Shown here: positions 1 to 11,800 of the stretch, in pieces
How the letters are laid out: each line of letters opens with the position of its first letter
Numbering within the stretch: the first letter of the stretch is position 1
Assembly (NCBI GenBank): GCA_963772725.1
Contig: CAVYYI010000001.1
Span: 1,024,001-1,088,000 of the forward strand
From: an uncultured Phycisphaerales bacterium
GTDB lineage: Bacteria > Planctomycetota > Phycisphaerae > Sedimentisphaerales > Anaerobacaceae
DNA: 64,000 nucleotides
Direction: 5' to 3'
Notes under the pieces: generated by a model
Database searches by the model: none
What the model was told of the DNA's origin: nothing
What the model saw: the letters and a program-made list of their open reading frames with translations, nothing else
Translations under genes and position numbers: made by a program

Positions 1-1
1 C

Positions 2-943
2 ATCCAGTCAATGCCAGACATCAAAACAATTCAGAGCTTATGCTCTGTCGATAAATTTCGCGTTGGCAGTTGCGCTATTGAAAAACACAATTACCAAACC
101 GACGGCGGAAACAGCAGATTATATCGATATTTAAGCGACTTATTCGGCACAGCAAAAAACGTTGAACAGCTTGTTTATTTATCGCAGCTTACGCAGGCAC
201 GCGCTGCCAAAATTTATGTTGAACATCTGCGGGCTCACGGCAAAAAAAACAAGGGCATATTATTCTGGCAGTTCAACGACTCTTTTCCCGCCATAAGCTG
301 GTCGGCAGTAGACCACAATAAAAATCCAAAAGCGATTTATTATTATGCGAGGCGTTTTTTCGCCGGCCATCTTATTGCGGCACTGCCCGATTCCCATAAA
401 ACCAGCCAGGAGTTTCAACCATCAGGTATTGTTGTAATAAACGACAGTCCGCAATCTTTAACCGCACAATTAAATTGCCGACTGATGGATTTGCACGGCC
501 ATCACCACGACCGAATTACTGTGCCTGTTTCGATTGCTCCGTTTAGTTCGTCAACTCTGTTCAAGCTGCCCAAAGCCATTGCTTCCCCAAACAATCCGGA
601 AAAATTATGTCTGCATATTTTACTTGAAAAGGACGACATAAGAATCTCAGAAAATCTGTTCTTCTATTTACCCGACAAGTATATCGATTGGCCTAAAGCT
701 GAAATTACAAAACAATTCTCAAAACTAAGCGATAACCGCTGGAAGTTGACGCTAAAATCAAATGTTATCACTAAGGATGTACAAATAAAGCCTCCATCCC
801 TCGCAAAACTTAGTGATAATTATATCGATTTGATGCCGGCAAGCGAGCTTGATATAATCATAATCTCTGCGCAGCAGACGTTAAGTTTAATCGAATCGCA
901 AATCAACATTTGTTCGGTAAATTCCCTGTTCAATACTGATTAA
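2..943 (+). CDS. GH2 beta-mannosidase-like glycoside hydrolase, C-terminal part (5'-truncated by window)
   Basis: Frame open from window edge (IQSMP). YLSQLTQA, GILFWQFNDSFPAISWSAVD and PKAIYYYARRFF motifs plus C-terminal LSDNYIDLMP Ig-like domain are typical of beta-mannosidases. Confidence 0.85.
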   Translation: MQSMPDIKTIQSLCSVDKFRVGSCAIEKHNYQTDGGNSRLYRYLSDLFGTAKNVEQLVYLSQLTQARAAKIYVEHLRAHGKKNKGILFWQFNDSFPAISWSAVDHNKNPKAIYYYARRFFAGHLIAALPDSHKTSQEFQPSGIVVINDSPQSLTAQLNCRLMDLHGHHHDRITVPVSIAPFSSSTLFKLPKAIASPNNPEKLCLHILLEKDDIRISENLFFYLPDKYIDWPKAEITKQFSKLSDNRWKLTLKSNVITKDVQIKPPSLAKLSDNYIDLMPASELDIIIISAQQTLSLIESQINICSVNSLFNTD

Positions 944-2964
944 CGCCGTCGCGGCGGCGGCGGCATACCCGGCATCATCATCAAATCTTCCATCATCATA
1001 TCATCCGGATTGCCGCCCGGCCCCATCGTCCCGGGAGTAAATTGACGGCCTCGCCTGCCGCCCCAGGGCTGCAACACTTCCTTCGGTTCTTTCGCTAACT
1101 TATCTATTTCACTCTTTTTAGCCAGCATATCTTTCGGCCAGCATTCAGACCGCGAGGCTAAATGCTCAATATTAAATCCATCCACTGTATAAAGTATATC
1201 GAAATAACTCCTTTCAACCGGAGATTTCCCGTACCAGTCTTTTACAGGTTCCGCGTTTACAAAAACCTTGCCCGTCGAATAATCAATTTCGACCGGCAAT
1301 GTAAGATTTTCAATTTTCTTTTCCGCATCGCTCGGTGTGTAAACTTTTATTCCGCCAATCGCATCTCCGGGGTTGACCGAAAATTGTTTGTTATACCAAT
1401 AACCGAGAGTATATCTCGATACCTGCATTTCTACTGTTCCGGTTGCATCGTAAACCTTTATTGGGAAAAAGTATAATATTTTGGGTATGTTCACGACTGG
1501 CGTCATATCAGAATAATCAGTCCACAAAATAACCTTGTCTTTCAAAGCTTTATCCTTCCCAGCCACGTGCTCAGTGCCCGCTACAGGATTAAAAACACCT
1601 AAACGAATTCTATACCGGTAGCTGTTGCCGGGCTTTACCGTATCATCATGAGCCCAGAATATCAGAGGCTCAGTCATTTTGGCCAAATCTGTCGCTTCCG
1701 TAACCGAAATTTTTTCTAAATCACCATAATAATCCGGTGGCATAGCTGCGTTAGCCGCAGCGGCTGTTTGTCTTTCATTTTCTCTCTCCTCACGCGCTGT
1801 TCTCCTTGCCGCAAGAGCCTCGTTTGTAGGCGCCCTTGTCGTCCTTGCGGCTCCTGTCGCCGGAGTTGAACTGCCGCGGGTGGCCGGTGGACTGCTTGGT
1901 GGTGCCCCACCCCCGCCTAGCATCATCATATCATCCATCATAGGAGCCGCGGTTGTTGAAGGCCGTGGCGTTGTTTCAAGTCTCCTGCTCGTACGAGCGG
2001 CTCGGGCACTGTCAAGTTGCTCCTGCCTTCTTGCTCTTTCCTCCTCTAATCTTGCCAGTCTTTCCCTTCTCCTTTTGCTTGCTTCCTCCTTTATAAATTT
2101 CTTATGAATCGAAGGAGGAAACCATTCATCCGACGCCGAAGCGATTCCATACGCTTCTGGCTGAAGCACATTTGCGCGTACCTGCGGATTATCAAATTTA
2201 AAAAGCTTCACACTTATACCCCCTGCCGGCAGTTGGGAAGCATCCTCTACAACTTCAAAGCCGGCCGAGTTCATTATTGCGTCTATTTTAGCCGGGGGAA
2301 CTTTTTGCCACTCCTTCCAGTTGCCGTCACTACCAAGCTCCTGTCTTTCAAGGTCAACCGCGGCAAACACCGGGCGGGCAAGACACGGGTCTCGCCAGTC
2401 TTCATTTACATCCTCCCCGGCAAAACAGGCGTAAAAGTCTTTATACAGCTTTACTGTATCAAATTTTCCTTCCACCGTTATTAAATCTAAATCGTTAGGC
2501 TCCTTTTCCGCTTTGTCATAAGCATTGTCCAAATTGACCGCTGATTTCGGCATATAGGCAACCGCCCTTATATGTTCCACTTCTACCCCGCTTACCTTGC
2601 CTACTTCAGGAATCGGGTACTTTCGCTTGGCAATTGGATTGTCTGTTATGGGGCTCGGCACCGGCACGGGAATGTTATCAATCCTGCCTATCGGCAAATC
2701 CATCAATTTGTTAAAATTATCGGCCTGGACAATATATGGCGGCTTTGGTACAGCCTGCCCACTCAACCTTTCTTTCAAAGTCTCCGCTTTTTTAATTATC
2801 TGTTCATCTACCTGTCCGGGACTATAATTCGTATTTTCATAAGCTACATAATTGCGACCAATGAGAACACGACTGAATAAAAGCCATAGGCACACAATAC
2901 CGACCGCAACCAGTATCATCTTCTCAATATGTTCCTCAAAAAAATTGCCGCTCTTTTTAATCAT
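940..2964 (-). CDS. Membrane-anchored hypothetical protein of the pilM operon (674 aa)
   Basis: Long ORF with N-terminal TM helix (HIEKMILVAVGIVCLWLL), charged coiled-coil, Met/Pro-rich linkers and FN3-like YRYRIRLGVFNP; last gene of the pilM operon. Confidence 0.75.
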   Translation of the reverse strand: MIKKSGNFFEEHIEKMILVAVGIVCLWLLFSRVLIGRNYVAYENTNYSPGQVDEQIIKKAETLKERLSGQAVPKPPYIVQADNFNKLMDLPIGRIDNIPVPVPSPITDNPIAKRKYPIPEVGKVSGVEVEHIRAVAYMPKSAVNLDNAYDKAEKEPNDLDLITVEGKFDTVKLYKDFYACFAGEDVNEDWRDPCLARPVFAAVDLERQELGSDGNWKEWQKVPPAKIDAIMNSAGFEVVEDASQLPAGGISVKLFKFDNPQVRANVLQPEAYGIASASDEWFPPSIHKKFIKEEASKRRRERLARLEEERARRQEQLDSARAARTSRRLETTPRPSTTAAPMMDDMMMLGGGGAPPSSPPATRGSSTPATGAARTTRAPTNEALAARRTAREERENERQTAAAANAAMPPDYYGDLEKISVTEATDLAKMTEPLIFWAHDDTVKPGNSYRYRIRLGVFNPVAGTEHVAGKDKALKDKVILWTDYSDMTPVVNIPKILYFFPIKVYDATGTVEMQVSRYTLGYWYNKQFSVNPGDAIGGIKVYTPSDAEKKIENLTLPVEIDYSTGKVFVNAEPVKDWYGKSPVERSYFDILYTVDGFNIEHLASRSECWPKDMLAKKSEIDKLAKEPKEVLQPWGGRRGRQFTPGTMGPGGNPDDMMMEDLMMMPGMPPPPRRR

Positions 2965-3034
2965 AACGAATATCCTGTTTTTTATCCCGCATTTTTCTCT
3001 AACACTTTTTTATTGTAAAACCTTTTCAATGCTT

Positions 3035-4342
3035 TTAATACCCCAGTGTTGTCGGAGGATTGGCAAGCCAGTCCTTAACAGATTGGGGTTTAATCGCATC
3101 ATAGGCGGTTTTATCGAAAACATACTCACAAATCAACTCCAGATGCACCACGGAGTCATCTCCGTAACGATAAAGTTCATTATCTGCATCATTGCGGTCA
3201 ACTGGCGATACACTGTTTTCCAGAATCGTTATCTGGTTATGATGGAACGTCTGCTCCTGGGGCTTCTCGCCAAAAAAACCTTTGAACTTATGTTCCTTCC
3301 CGCTGCACAGCGCCGCTATAAACCGCATTACATCTTTTGAATTTACCACAACAACAACATTGAAATGAATCACATCAATATCCGCGTTACACAATCTGCC
3401 GGTGCACGGCTCTGTAAGCCCGTTATAAAGAGTAGTAACATAACGCGGCTTAACCTTTTTCACGCTGGAAGCCGCAGAAGTTACCGTAGATGTACTATAT
3501 CCGCCTTGCGGCAGCTCTGTAAAACTTATATTGATAACACGCTTGACCGGAGATGTTAAAACGCTTTTAGACCCCTGGTTCATAACCTCAACTGTATTTA
3601 GCACGTCTTCCATCGCCCAGTATCCTAACTGCCAATACCAGCAGTCTTCCAATGACTCTTTCCAACCCACCTCTACCTTATAATCTGTCCATAAATCATA
3701 TCCTTCTATGTTCCGCGGATTAATATAAACGGACGCTGAATTTGCCCTGTTTGTGCAAAGAGCATTCTTTATTGCGATATCCGCTCCGGTGCTGGTACCG
3801 GAACTAAATGAACTGTAAGATGAAATACCGCCCCTATATGGTGAACCAACGCCGCCAACCGTGGTTGACTGCATCGCCTTATCAATCTCGTCTTTTGTAG
3901 GACAATCGCTGCCTTTCAAACGGTTTATTATCTCATTTATCTTTCCATTAAAGCTCTGTCCAAATTGCTTAAATATCATTTCAGATTTTTCGTTAGGCTC
4001 CGGAAATACACCATAGTGCAGCAATTCCCTCTCGGTTGTCTGCCGCAATAAAAGCATTATGTGATTGGCGTCATTTGCGTATTCTTCCTGGTACTTCCGT
4101 TCAACATCAGCCTGTGCCAAAGGAGGTACGCTTTCAAGCAGAGTTTTTACATTGTTAGCTCTCGAAATACTCTCTTTCTCCATCTCTGCCGTGAGTTTGC
4201 CGCCCATCAACTGGCTGATTATAATAAGTACAACCGCAACTATACTTATTACCACCGGCACCACCAGTGACATAAAATCTTTCAGCACTCCGAGCTTTTT
4301 AAAAATACCGCCTAAATTGGGTTTATTCATTATCCAACTCAC
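3035..4342 (-). CDS. Membrane-anchored protein of the pilM operon (PilO-like position)
   Basis: N-terminal TM helix then coiled-coil; directly downstream of pilMN. PilO identity is inferred from position only. Confidence 0.65.
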   Translation of the reverse strand: MSWIMNKPNLGGIFKKLGVLKDFMSLVVPVVISIVAVVLIIISQLMGGKLTAEMEKESISRANNVKTLLESVPPLAQADVERKYQEEYANDANHIMLLLRQTTERELLHYGVFPEPNEKSEMIFKQFGQSFNGKINEIINRLKGSDCPTKDEIDKAMQSTTVGGVGSPYRGGISSYSSFSSGTSTGADIAIKNALCTNRANSASVYINPRNIEGYDLWTDYKVEVGWKESLEDCWYWQLGYWAMEDVLNTVEVMNQGSKSVLTSPVKRVINISFTELPQGGYSTSTVTSAASSVKKVKPRYVTTLYNGLTEPCTGRLCNADIDVIHFNVVVVVNSKDVMRFIAALCSGKEHKFKGFFGEKPQEQTFHHNQITILENSVSPVDRNDADNELYRYGDDSVVHLELICEYVFDKTAYDAIKPQSVKDWLANPPTTLGY

Positions 4343-4414
4343 AAATCTGTTTTACTAAAACTCTTAACACCGTTTCTTTCTTCGGCTGAACTGTTACGTT
4401 TTCACATATTACTA

Positions 4415-6759
4415 TTAATCCATATCGCCTATATCGCGACGTTTGCTGCCGCTTGAACCGCTGCTTCTGCTCGGTGTCGGTGCAACCGGCGCCGGGGTTG
4501 GGGCCGGTGATGCTGCCACACCACCTGCGCCAGCCTGTTCAGCTACCTTTGGCGCATCTTTCCACACCAGCTTAAAATTCAAAATAAACCAATGGTCATT
4601 AATCTGATACTCTTGCTTCTGAAACCTGTCTAATATGGGACGCCCCGTCTCATCAGTCTTTTTAACCTTGCTGATTGTTTCCTTTGTCAGAGGGTCAGCC
4701 AAATATTGCTCCTCTGTCGTCATACTACCGGAAACACCGGGAGACGAGTTCTTTACATTCTCTGTTTTAATTTCCAAAACGCCTATTCCGGCCGGCTGCT
4801 TGTCACTGGTTTCGACAGATACATCGCCTTTGTCTTTTTTGAATTGAGTACCGACTTTTTTCCTCTCATACAGCCTAAACGGGCAGTTGCTATCTATTGA
4901 TGGATTGTTGCTGTCGTCAAGGTGAAGCAGTCGGGTAATGACACCCCACTTGCTCTTGTCTTTTTCAACACCGACAGGGTCCAGCAGTTCGTCTATATCC
5001 TTATATGGACTATAACCAGCAATGCTTATCACAAATCCAGCAGTTCCCAGGACACCTGTCGCAGTGGCAGCGCCGGCGCCCCATAAGTTGACTGAGCATA
5101 TATCGGCGCCCCTCCCGGTACTGACATACCAGGCATCATCATATCATCCATAACATCCGTAGATTCAGGTCTGCCCCTCGTTCTGCCTGACTCAAGATAC
5201 GTATCCACAAAAGTCGCTGAATTAACGTCTTCCGAAAAGTACACCGACATACTCGTTATGAATATCTGCTTTCGCTCCTTGCGGGGAATTTTCAGTATCG
5301 ATTCAACATCGTTTTCTCTAAAAGCTTTATACAAATTCGCCTGTGCGGGATTATTTTTTTCATTTGGCAGCAGCATAAGAAGAGTCTCGTTCAATTGCGG
5401 AATCACCCCGCGATACTTAAAAATCTCAATCGCTTTTTGCATTTTCGCTTCGTATTCGGGTATTTTACTTTTCTCCGCTTCTACTTTGCTGATGGTCTGC
5501 TCCGCGGTGTTTATTATGCCTGTTATTTTTTTACGAACGTCTTCATTCCTGCTGTAACTTGCCTTATCGAGATTCGTGCGTACAAAACCAAGTATGGCTA
5601 CTATAAGCAGCATAAAAGCGGCGGCGGAAAAATATACCGCCTTGCCCGCCCACGCCATCGACCGCATTACGCTGCGGGGAAGCAGGTTACACTCTATTTT
5701 ACCCAGCCCCAGAGGCTGAATCGCAAGACCATAGACAACATCAAAATCACAGACGTTCTCATGGAATTTAGCCGCTGAAACTTCCGAACTTATCGCAAGA
5801 TTTTTAAATGAATCCGGCACTTCGATTGTTATACCAAGCGTCTGCTGCAAATAACTCAAAAGTCCCCGCATCTTTGTCCCGCCCCCCATAGCCAAAATCT
5901 TTGTTAATTTGACATTCGGGTTGGAACTGCCGTAAAATCCAAGAGACCTTTGAATCTCAGCGGCCATATCAGTAAAAACTGGTTTCATCGCCTGGAGTAT
6001 CTGCCGGGCGTACTTGCTCATCGCCGCCGTTCTTTTCAATTTTTCCGCCTTCTCAAAACTCAGCTTAAACGTCTCAGCTATAGCACGCGTAAATGAGTTG
6101 CCGCCCATCGGTATACACCTTTGCCAAACCGTCGATTTTGTGCAGACAACAAGGTCAGTATTTTCCGCGCCTATATTCAGCGCCACAACCGCCTCGCTAT
6201 CTGATTTAACAAGGTCGGGCCTGTCATACTGCATATAATTATAAAGCGCCATTGGGGACATCTGCACATAACTTGCCTGCAGATTTTCCCTGCTGAAATG
6301 CTCCAGCGCCGAATCAACAACTTCATTTTTCACCGCGAAAAGACCGACCTTCATAGCTTTGGCGCCACCACTCTCGTCTATTAGCTGCCAATCCCATTGA
6401 ACATCATTTATATCGAAAGGTATCTGTTGGGTCGCCTCGAATTTTATAATTTCAGGTATGCGCTTTTTCTCTACAGGCGGAAGGCTCACAAATCTCGCGA
6501 AACTATTTTGACTCGGCACAGAAATAATTATTATATCGTCTTTGCCTATCTCGTTTCGACTCACAAATTGCCGCAGGCTCAACGCAATCAGCTCATCTTT
6601 TTCCGTATCGCTTATACCGCCACCGGTCAGGATTTTCCCATGCTGGATATTATCAAATGCCACCACTTCGACAGTACCGTGGCTATCGCTCAAACGCAAC
6701 GCCTTGAGAGAATTATTGCCTATATCAATCGCCCAGACGGCACCGGATTTTGACGCCAT
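4415..6759 (-). CDS. pilM: Type IV pilus assembly protein PilM fused to a PilN-like TM/periplasmic region (one frameshift near 5075)
   Basis: WAIDIGNNSLKA actin-like motif, QQIPFDINDVQWDW, EIQRSLGFY, then NLLP + TM helix + coiled coil. ORFs 5029-6759 and 4415-5032 join through an alternate frame reading AGAATATGVLGTAGFVISIAG. Confidence 0.85.
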
Positions 6760-6846
6760 AACAAACCTCTCATCCTAACGTCTCAACTTCTATTCTGTTG
6801 ATTAGACTTGTAAAACTCTTTCAACAACAATAAATTATACCATATT

Positions 6847-8244
6847 ATGAAAACTTTTTCCATAAATACTCTCGGCTGCAAAGTTAACCAGTACGAAAGC
6901 CAGCAGGTTCGACAATTTCTCGAACAACTCGGCCTCACACTCGTTGCGACCCCGAACGACAGTGCCGACCTTATTATCATAAATACCTGCTGCGTAACCG
7001 GCACAGCGGCGGCAAAAAGCCGCAATTACATCAGAAAAGCAAAAAAGCTAAATCCTGACGCCATTGTAATCGTAACTGGCTGCCTTACAGCAACGGAACT
7101 TAACGAATATACACCAATAGAAAATACTTTTTTGATACAACATCGACATGAACTGGCAGCGACATTAAGCCAAATCGTTAATGACAAAAGATTTAAGTCA
7201 AATTTTGCAAACGCTGCCAAGCTTATCGATACCGATATTAAACACGAAATTGATGCAAAAATCAAGAATAAAGACTTACCTTATTTACCCGAATTACCAG
7301 AATTAACAGAATTTAAGGGTCAGACCCGCGCATTTCTTAAGGTGCAGGACGGCTGCGACGGTTACTGTACCTATTGTATTGTACCAAAAACAAGGCCAAT
7401 TGTTCAAAGTAAGCCCATTGAAACAGTCGTCCGCGAAGCGCAAGAACTTGTAAAAACTGGACATAAGGAGATTGTCGTTACGGGAATTTTCCTCGGAGCT
7501 TATGGTAAAAATACCGTTAGGCGAAAAAAATGGGCCGATAACGATGATAAAAAGCTGCCTAAACTGCTTGAAAAATTGTCGCAGATACCAAATTTATCGC
7601 GAATCAGATTAAGCTCACTGGAGCCGGGCGATGTAACGGAGAGGCTGTTAGATGTTTTTTGTGAACGTCATAACATTATGCCTCACATGCACTTATCGCT
7701 GCAGTCAGGCTCGGATAATATTTTAAAAAAGATGGTGCGGCAGTACAAGATTGGTGAGTTTATGAGGAAGGTTGAGCTGATAAGAACGCGGTTAGACAGG
7801 CCGGCGATTACCACTGATTTGATTGTCGGATTTCCGGGCGAGACAGAAGCGGATTTTCAGCAGACGGTCGAAATTTCTAAAGAAGTCGGGTTTTCCAGGA
7901 TGCACATTTTCCCCTTTTCGGCGAGAAAAGGCACAGCGGCAGCGAATATGCAAGACGTTCTAAATAAAGAGGTTATAAAAGAACGTGCGGCTATTTTGCA
8001 GGAGCTGAACCTGGAATTGGGTTATAAATTCCGGCAGCAATTTATCGGGGAAACAGCGGTTATTTTAACAGAGGAGATTAATGGCCAGTGCAGCGGACAT
8101 AGCGAAAGATATTTTCTTACCTATTTTAACACTAAGGGTAAAAAATTGAAAAAAAATGACTTAGTTAAAGTTAAATTGGTTGAAAATAGGAAAGATGGGA
8201 TGGTAGGCAACATAATATTGAATTCAGTAGACAGCAGGCAGTAG
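6847..8244 (+). CDS. mtaB: tRNA t6A37 methylthiotransferase MtaB
   Basis: TLGCKVNQYES, INTCCVT, TRAFLKVQDGCDGYCTYCIVP (radical SAM CxxxCxxC), HLSLQSGSD, TTDLIVGFPGET. Confidence 0.93.
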   Translation: MKTFSINTLGCKVNQYESQQVRQFLEQLGLTLVATPNDSADLIIINTCCVTGTAAAKSRNYIRKAKKLNPDAIVIVTGCLTATELNEYTPIENTFLIQHRHELAATLSQIVNDKRFKSNFANAAKLIDTDIKHEIDAKIKNKDLPYLPELPELTEFKGQTRAFLKVQDGCDGYCTYCIVPKTRPIVQSKPIETVVREAQELVKTGHKEIVVTGIFLGAYGKNTVRRKKWADNDDKKLPKLLEKLSQIPNLSRIRLSSLEPGDVTERLLDVFCERHNIMPHMHLSLQSGSDNILKKMVRQYKIGEFMRKVELIRTRLDRPAITTDLIVGFPGETEADFQQTVEISKEVGFSRMHIFPFSARKGTAAANMQDVLNKEVIKERAAILQELNLELGYKFRQQFIGETAVILTEEINGQCSGHSERYFLTYFNTKGKKLKKNDLVKVKLVENRKDGMVGNIILNSVDSRQ

Positions 8245-8416
8245 CTGAAATAACTCAAGACGCAGGATGAGACAGAATATTCAACATTAAACTCCGAACT
8301 CTTAACGCCGAATGAAAAAATTTACCGCCAAAGATGCGGAGGCTGCAGATTTTTTGGTGCAGGATTAACAGGATTTTCGATTTGCGATTTGGGATTGCGG
8401 GAAAATGAGGGAAAAA

Positions 8417-8489
8417 TAGCCTGCCCGCAGGCGACAGGGCTAACCGCGGAATAAAGAAGGAAACCGCGAGGCAGGCCTTGCGGCTAAAC
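8417..8489. repeat. Two REP-like GC-rich palindromes ending in CTAAC / CTAAAC
   Basis: AGCCTGCCCGCAGGCGACAGGGCTAAC (8418-8444) and CCGCGAGGC-AG-GCCTTGCGG-CTAAAC (8464-8489) in the mtaB-gspD spacer. Confidence 0.5.
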
Positions 8490-8635
8490 AAAATATTTTC
8501 TTTGTGGTATTTGCACCGTTGCTTGAAAACAAAAGTGTGAAAGTTGTAAAGAGGCGAAAAGTGAGAAAGAGCAGGCGGGGGTTTAGCGGAAATCAGGTAT
8601 TTTTCACAAAAAGCGGTTTATGAGACGAAAAACGG

Positions 8636-8662
8636 GAACTTTTTAGCTAATTTTGTGTCTTA
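8636..8662 (+). promoter_or_regulatory. Putative ECF (sigmaE/AlgU-type) promoter for the gsp operon
   Basis: GAACTT-N16-TCTTA, matching the GAACTT-N16/17-TCTNA consensus, about 170 bp upstream of gspD. Confidence 0.45.
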
Positions 8663-8834
8663 AAGGTACAGGCGCTATGCTATTTAGCCGACTATAGGAA
8701 TGTGAAAAATTTGCATAAAAAGCCAATAATAAGTAAAAGACTGCAAAAGATTTACGGGTGTAAAGCCCTATAATATAAAGGATTACGTATAGCAACAGGA
8801 ATTTAATACCTAATCCATTAAGGATGGAGCAGTA

Positions 8835-11800
8835 ATGGTCAAGAAAACTGAGTTTAAGGACGTGTTTGTCTTCGGGACAATAATGCTTCTGGCAGCATTT
8901 TGGGCTATTTCAGGCAGCGTTTTAGCGGCCCAAGGCGACCCAAACAGCGGCGGCCTGGCGAAATACCGTACCTATGCGTTAAAACATATCTCCGCGGATG
9001 CCGGTCGTAAGTACATTGATGACCTTAAGTTAGGTACGGTTTCAAGGCTGCAGGGTACAAATACCCTGCTGCTAACCGGCTACCAGAACGAACTGGTTAA
9101 AGCCAGCGCAATCCTGAAGCTTGTTGACTCGGAAAAGCAGTACACCGTAAAGGAGATAACACCGACTTTAGAGGCCAATAATCTGCCTTCCGCGGAGAAA
9201 ATTGCCGCCGCGATGGGTGCCGGAACGGTGATTGGCACATTCGCGAATCCTCCTTTAGAAGGCGTTAATAAGGCTATTATGGACGTTTGTGGCAAATCTG
9301 TAATTCTTATCGCGCCGGCGGATATTATGGAAAAACTGACATCGACAATTGCAGAGATTAAAAAATCCTTTGAGGCGGTTCCGGCAGAACCGAACAAACC
9401 CGCTGATCCCAATATACTCGTCGAACCCAACCAAACCACAGTGGCTATAGAAAAACCTTCTCTGTCGGAGGCTAACACACCGGCGGATGAGCTGTTCGGC
9501 AAGCTCGTTGAAACGCTCAATAAAGCGGAAAAACCCGTTGCGGGTCCGAATGAACCGAATTTAGCCGTTAAGGCGGAAAAGGCATCCCCCGCCGCGACAC
9601 CTCCAACCGTAACTGAGACGCCAAAAGTTGTTAAGGCCGCGGAGGCAAATGAGTCTGTTACGGTTAAGCTGCCCAGAGGCGAGGAAGCTATGACGACGGA
9701 GCCTAATAAGGCCGCTGCGCCGAGTTTTACGTCGCGACACTTTGAGCCGGAAACCTTGTCTATACCAGGCGAGTCGCTTGGATTTCAGATAGACTTGCCG
9801 GACAAAACGAATATCACATCACTGATTGAGCTTGTGGGCAAGAATTTGAAGCTGAACTTAATATACAACCCCGCAGTAGTAACAGGAGATGTTACGCTCA
9901 GGGTGCAGAATCCTGTTAAAATGAAGGACCTTTATCCTCTGCTCGAATCGGTGCTGAAATTCAAAGGCTTTGTGATGTCCCGCCGCAACGACAATATAAT
10001 AACGGTGGTGCCGGCGGCCAATGCAAGCGAGATTGACCCGCGTTTAATAGACGGCGCCGAGGTCAGGGTGGGAGACGTGGTTATCACCCATGTTTTTGTC
10101 CTCAAGTATATAAATACTACCAACGCAAAGAATCTTTTAGACAATATGAAACTCGGCTCAAATAATATAGTAACGATTCCTGAGACAAAGACGCTAATCG
10201 TAACGGAATTCGCATATAGAATGGAGCGTATAGAAAAACTGCTGAATTTGATTGACAGGCCGGGAGAATTGAAACAATTTAGGTACAGGCAATTGAAATA
10301 CACGATGGCGGCAAGCCTTGCACCAAAGGTTAAGGCGCTGGCTGAGCAGTTAGGCACAATAACGATAACAATCGCAGCGACAACCCCTGAAGCAGCTAAA
10401 CCGACGGGAGGGCCGGGCAGAATAGCGAGACCGACAACACCTGCACTGCTGCGACAACACCGCAGACTGAACCTGAAAAACCCACAGTGTATCTGGATTC
10501 GGACGAGCGAACAAACCGAATTTTAATGATAGGACTAAAGCAGGATTTGCCGGTGGTTGAAGAGTTGATAAACACGCTCGATGTTGAAAAACAGGACCTG
10601 CGTTCGCTGCGGGTTTATGAAATTCAGCACGTCGGGGCGGAAGAAGTTGCGATGAAGCTGACGGAACTTGGGATAATAAGCGGACTTCCCGGTAAAGGCG
10701 AAACACAGCAGAGGACTGGGCAGCGGGGACAGGCAAGAACTGGACAGATTTCTCAGCCGGCAGCGCAGGGCAGCCCCCACAGCCACGGCAACTACGGAGA
10801 CTGCCGAAGCTCCAACTGAAGAGCCGCAGGTAGTAATAATTGGGGCAACAAATTCGCTTTTGGTGAACGCAACCAACGAACAGCATATCCAGATAGCCAC
10901 AATTATCGGCTATGTTGACGCTGAAACGGATAAAACTTCCGTGCCATACGAGGTTTATCAGCTTGAAAATCAGGACCCGAATAAACTTTGTGCAATTCTC
11001 AAGCAGCTTTACGAGGAAACAATTCTACAGAAGTCCTCAAGCACCTCTACGGACGCGACTGCCAAGATAGTAGCACCCTCTACTGCTACAATCGTGAAAA
11101 AAATAGAAGAAAATATTACAATAGTCCCTGATCCATCAACATACTCGCTTATTGTTTACGCCAATAAATCCAATCAATTGTGGATAGGATCGTTAATTAA
11201 GCAGCTTGACCAATATCGCCCGCAGGTACTGCTTGACGTAACTTTAGTAGAGGTAACCAAAGACGATGCATTTAACTATGAGATTGACCTTGTCACAAAA
11301 CTACCAGAAATGGTTGGCGGTGGAACTATGCAGGGGACATCTGCAAAAAGTTCACAGGGAGTAACAGGACCAGCCGCATTAGTTTCACCATTTCCTAATA
11401 ACCAGGTTATTGAGGGAAGCTCTTTTGGTGGCCAGGGAAGTGCTTTCTATGCAGATCGGCACGTTCAGGCGCTGCTTACCGCAATGCAGACAAAAGGGTA
11501 TGGAAGAGTGCTTGCAAAACCAAAGATTCTCACCAATGACAATCAGCCGGGAGTCATTAAAACAGAAGATGTACAGAATGTTGTTCAATTAAAATCAAGC
11601 ATAATACCGACGAGCCACTACGGGAGGAACCTTTACAACGACATCTGACGTGAGTTATATCGAAGCTAAAGCTGGAATAACACTTACTATAAAACCCCAT
11701 ATAAGTAAAGGCGAGCAGCTTAGGCTTCAAATATCCTTGAAACGTACCGATTTTATTCAGCGTGAGGATACTGTGATAATTCAGGAAGATAAAAAGAACT

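Noticed and set aside
11640..11655. TGA at 11646-11648 as selenocysteine readthrough in gspD
   Set aside because: The downstream secretin sequence continues in a different frame (ACA TCT GAC GTG), so this is a frameshift.
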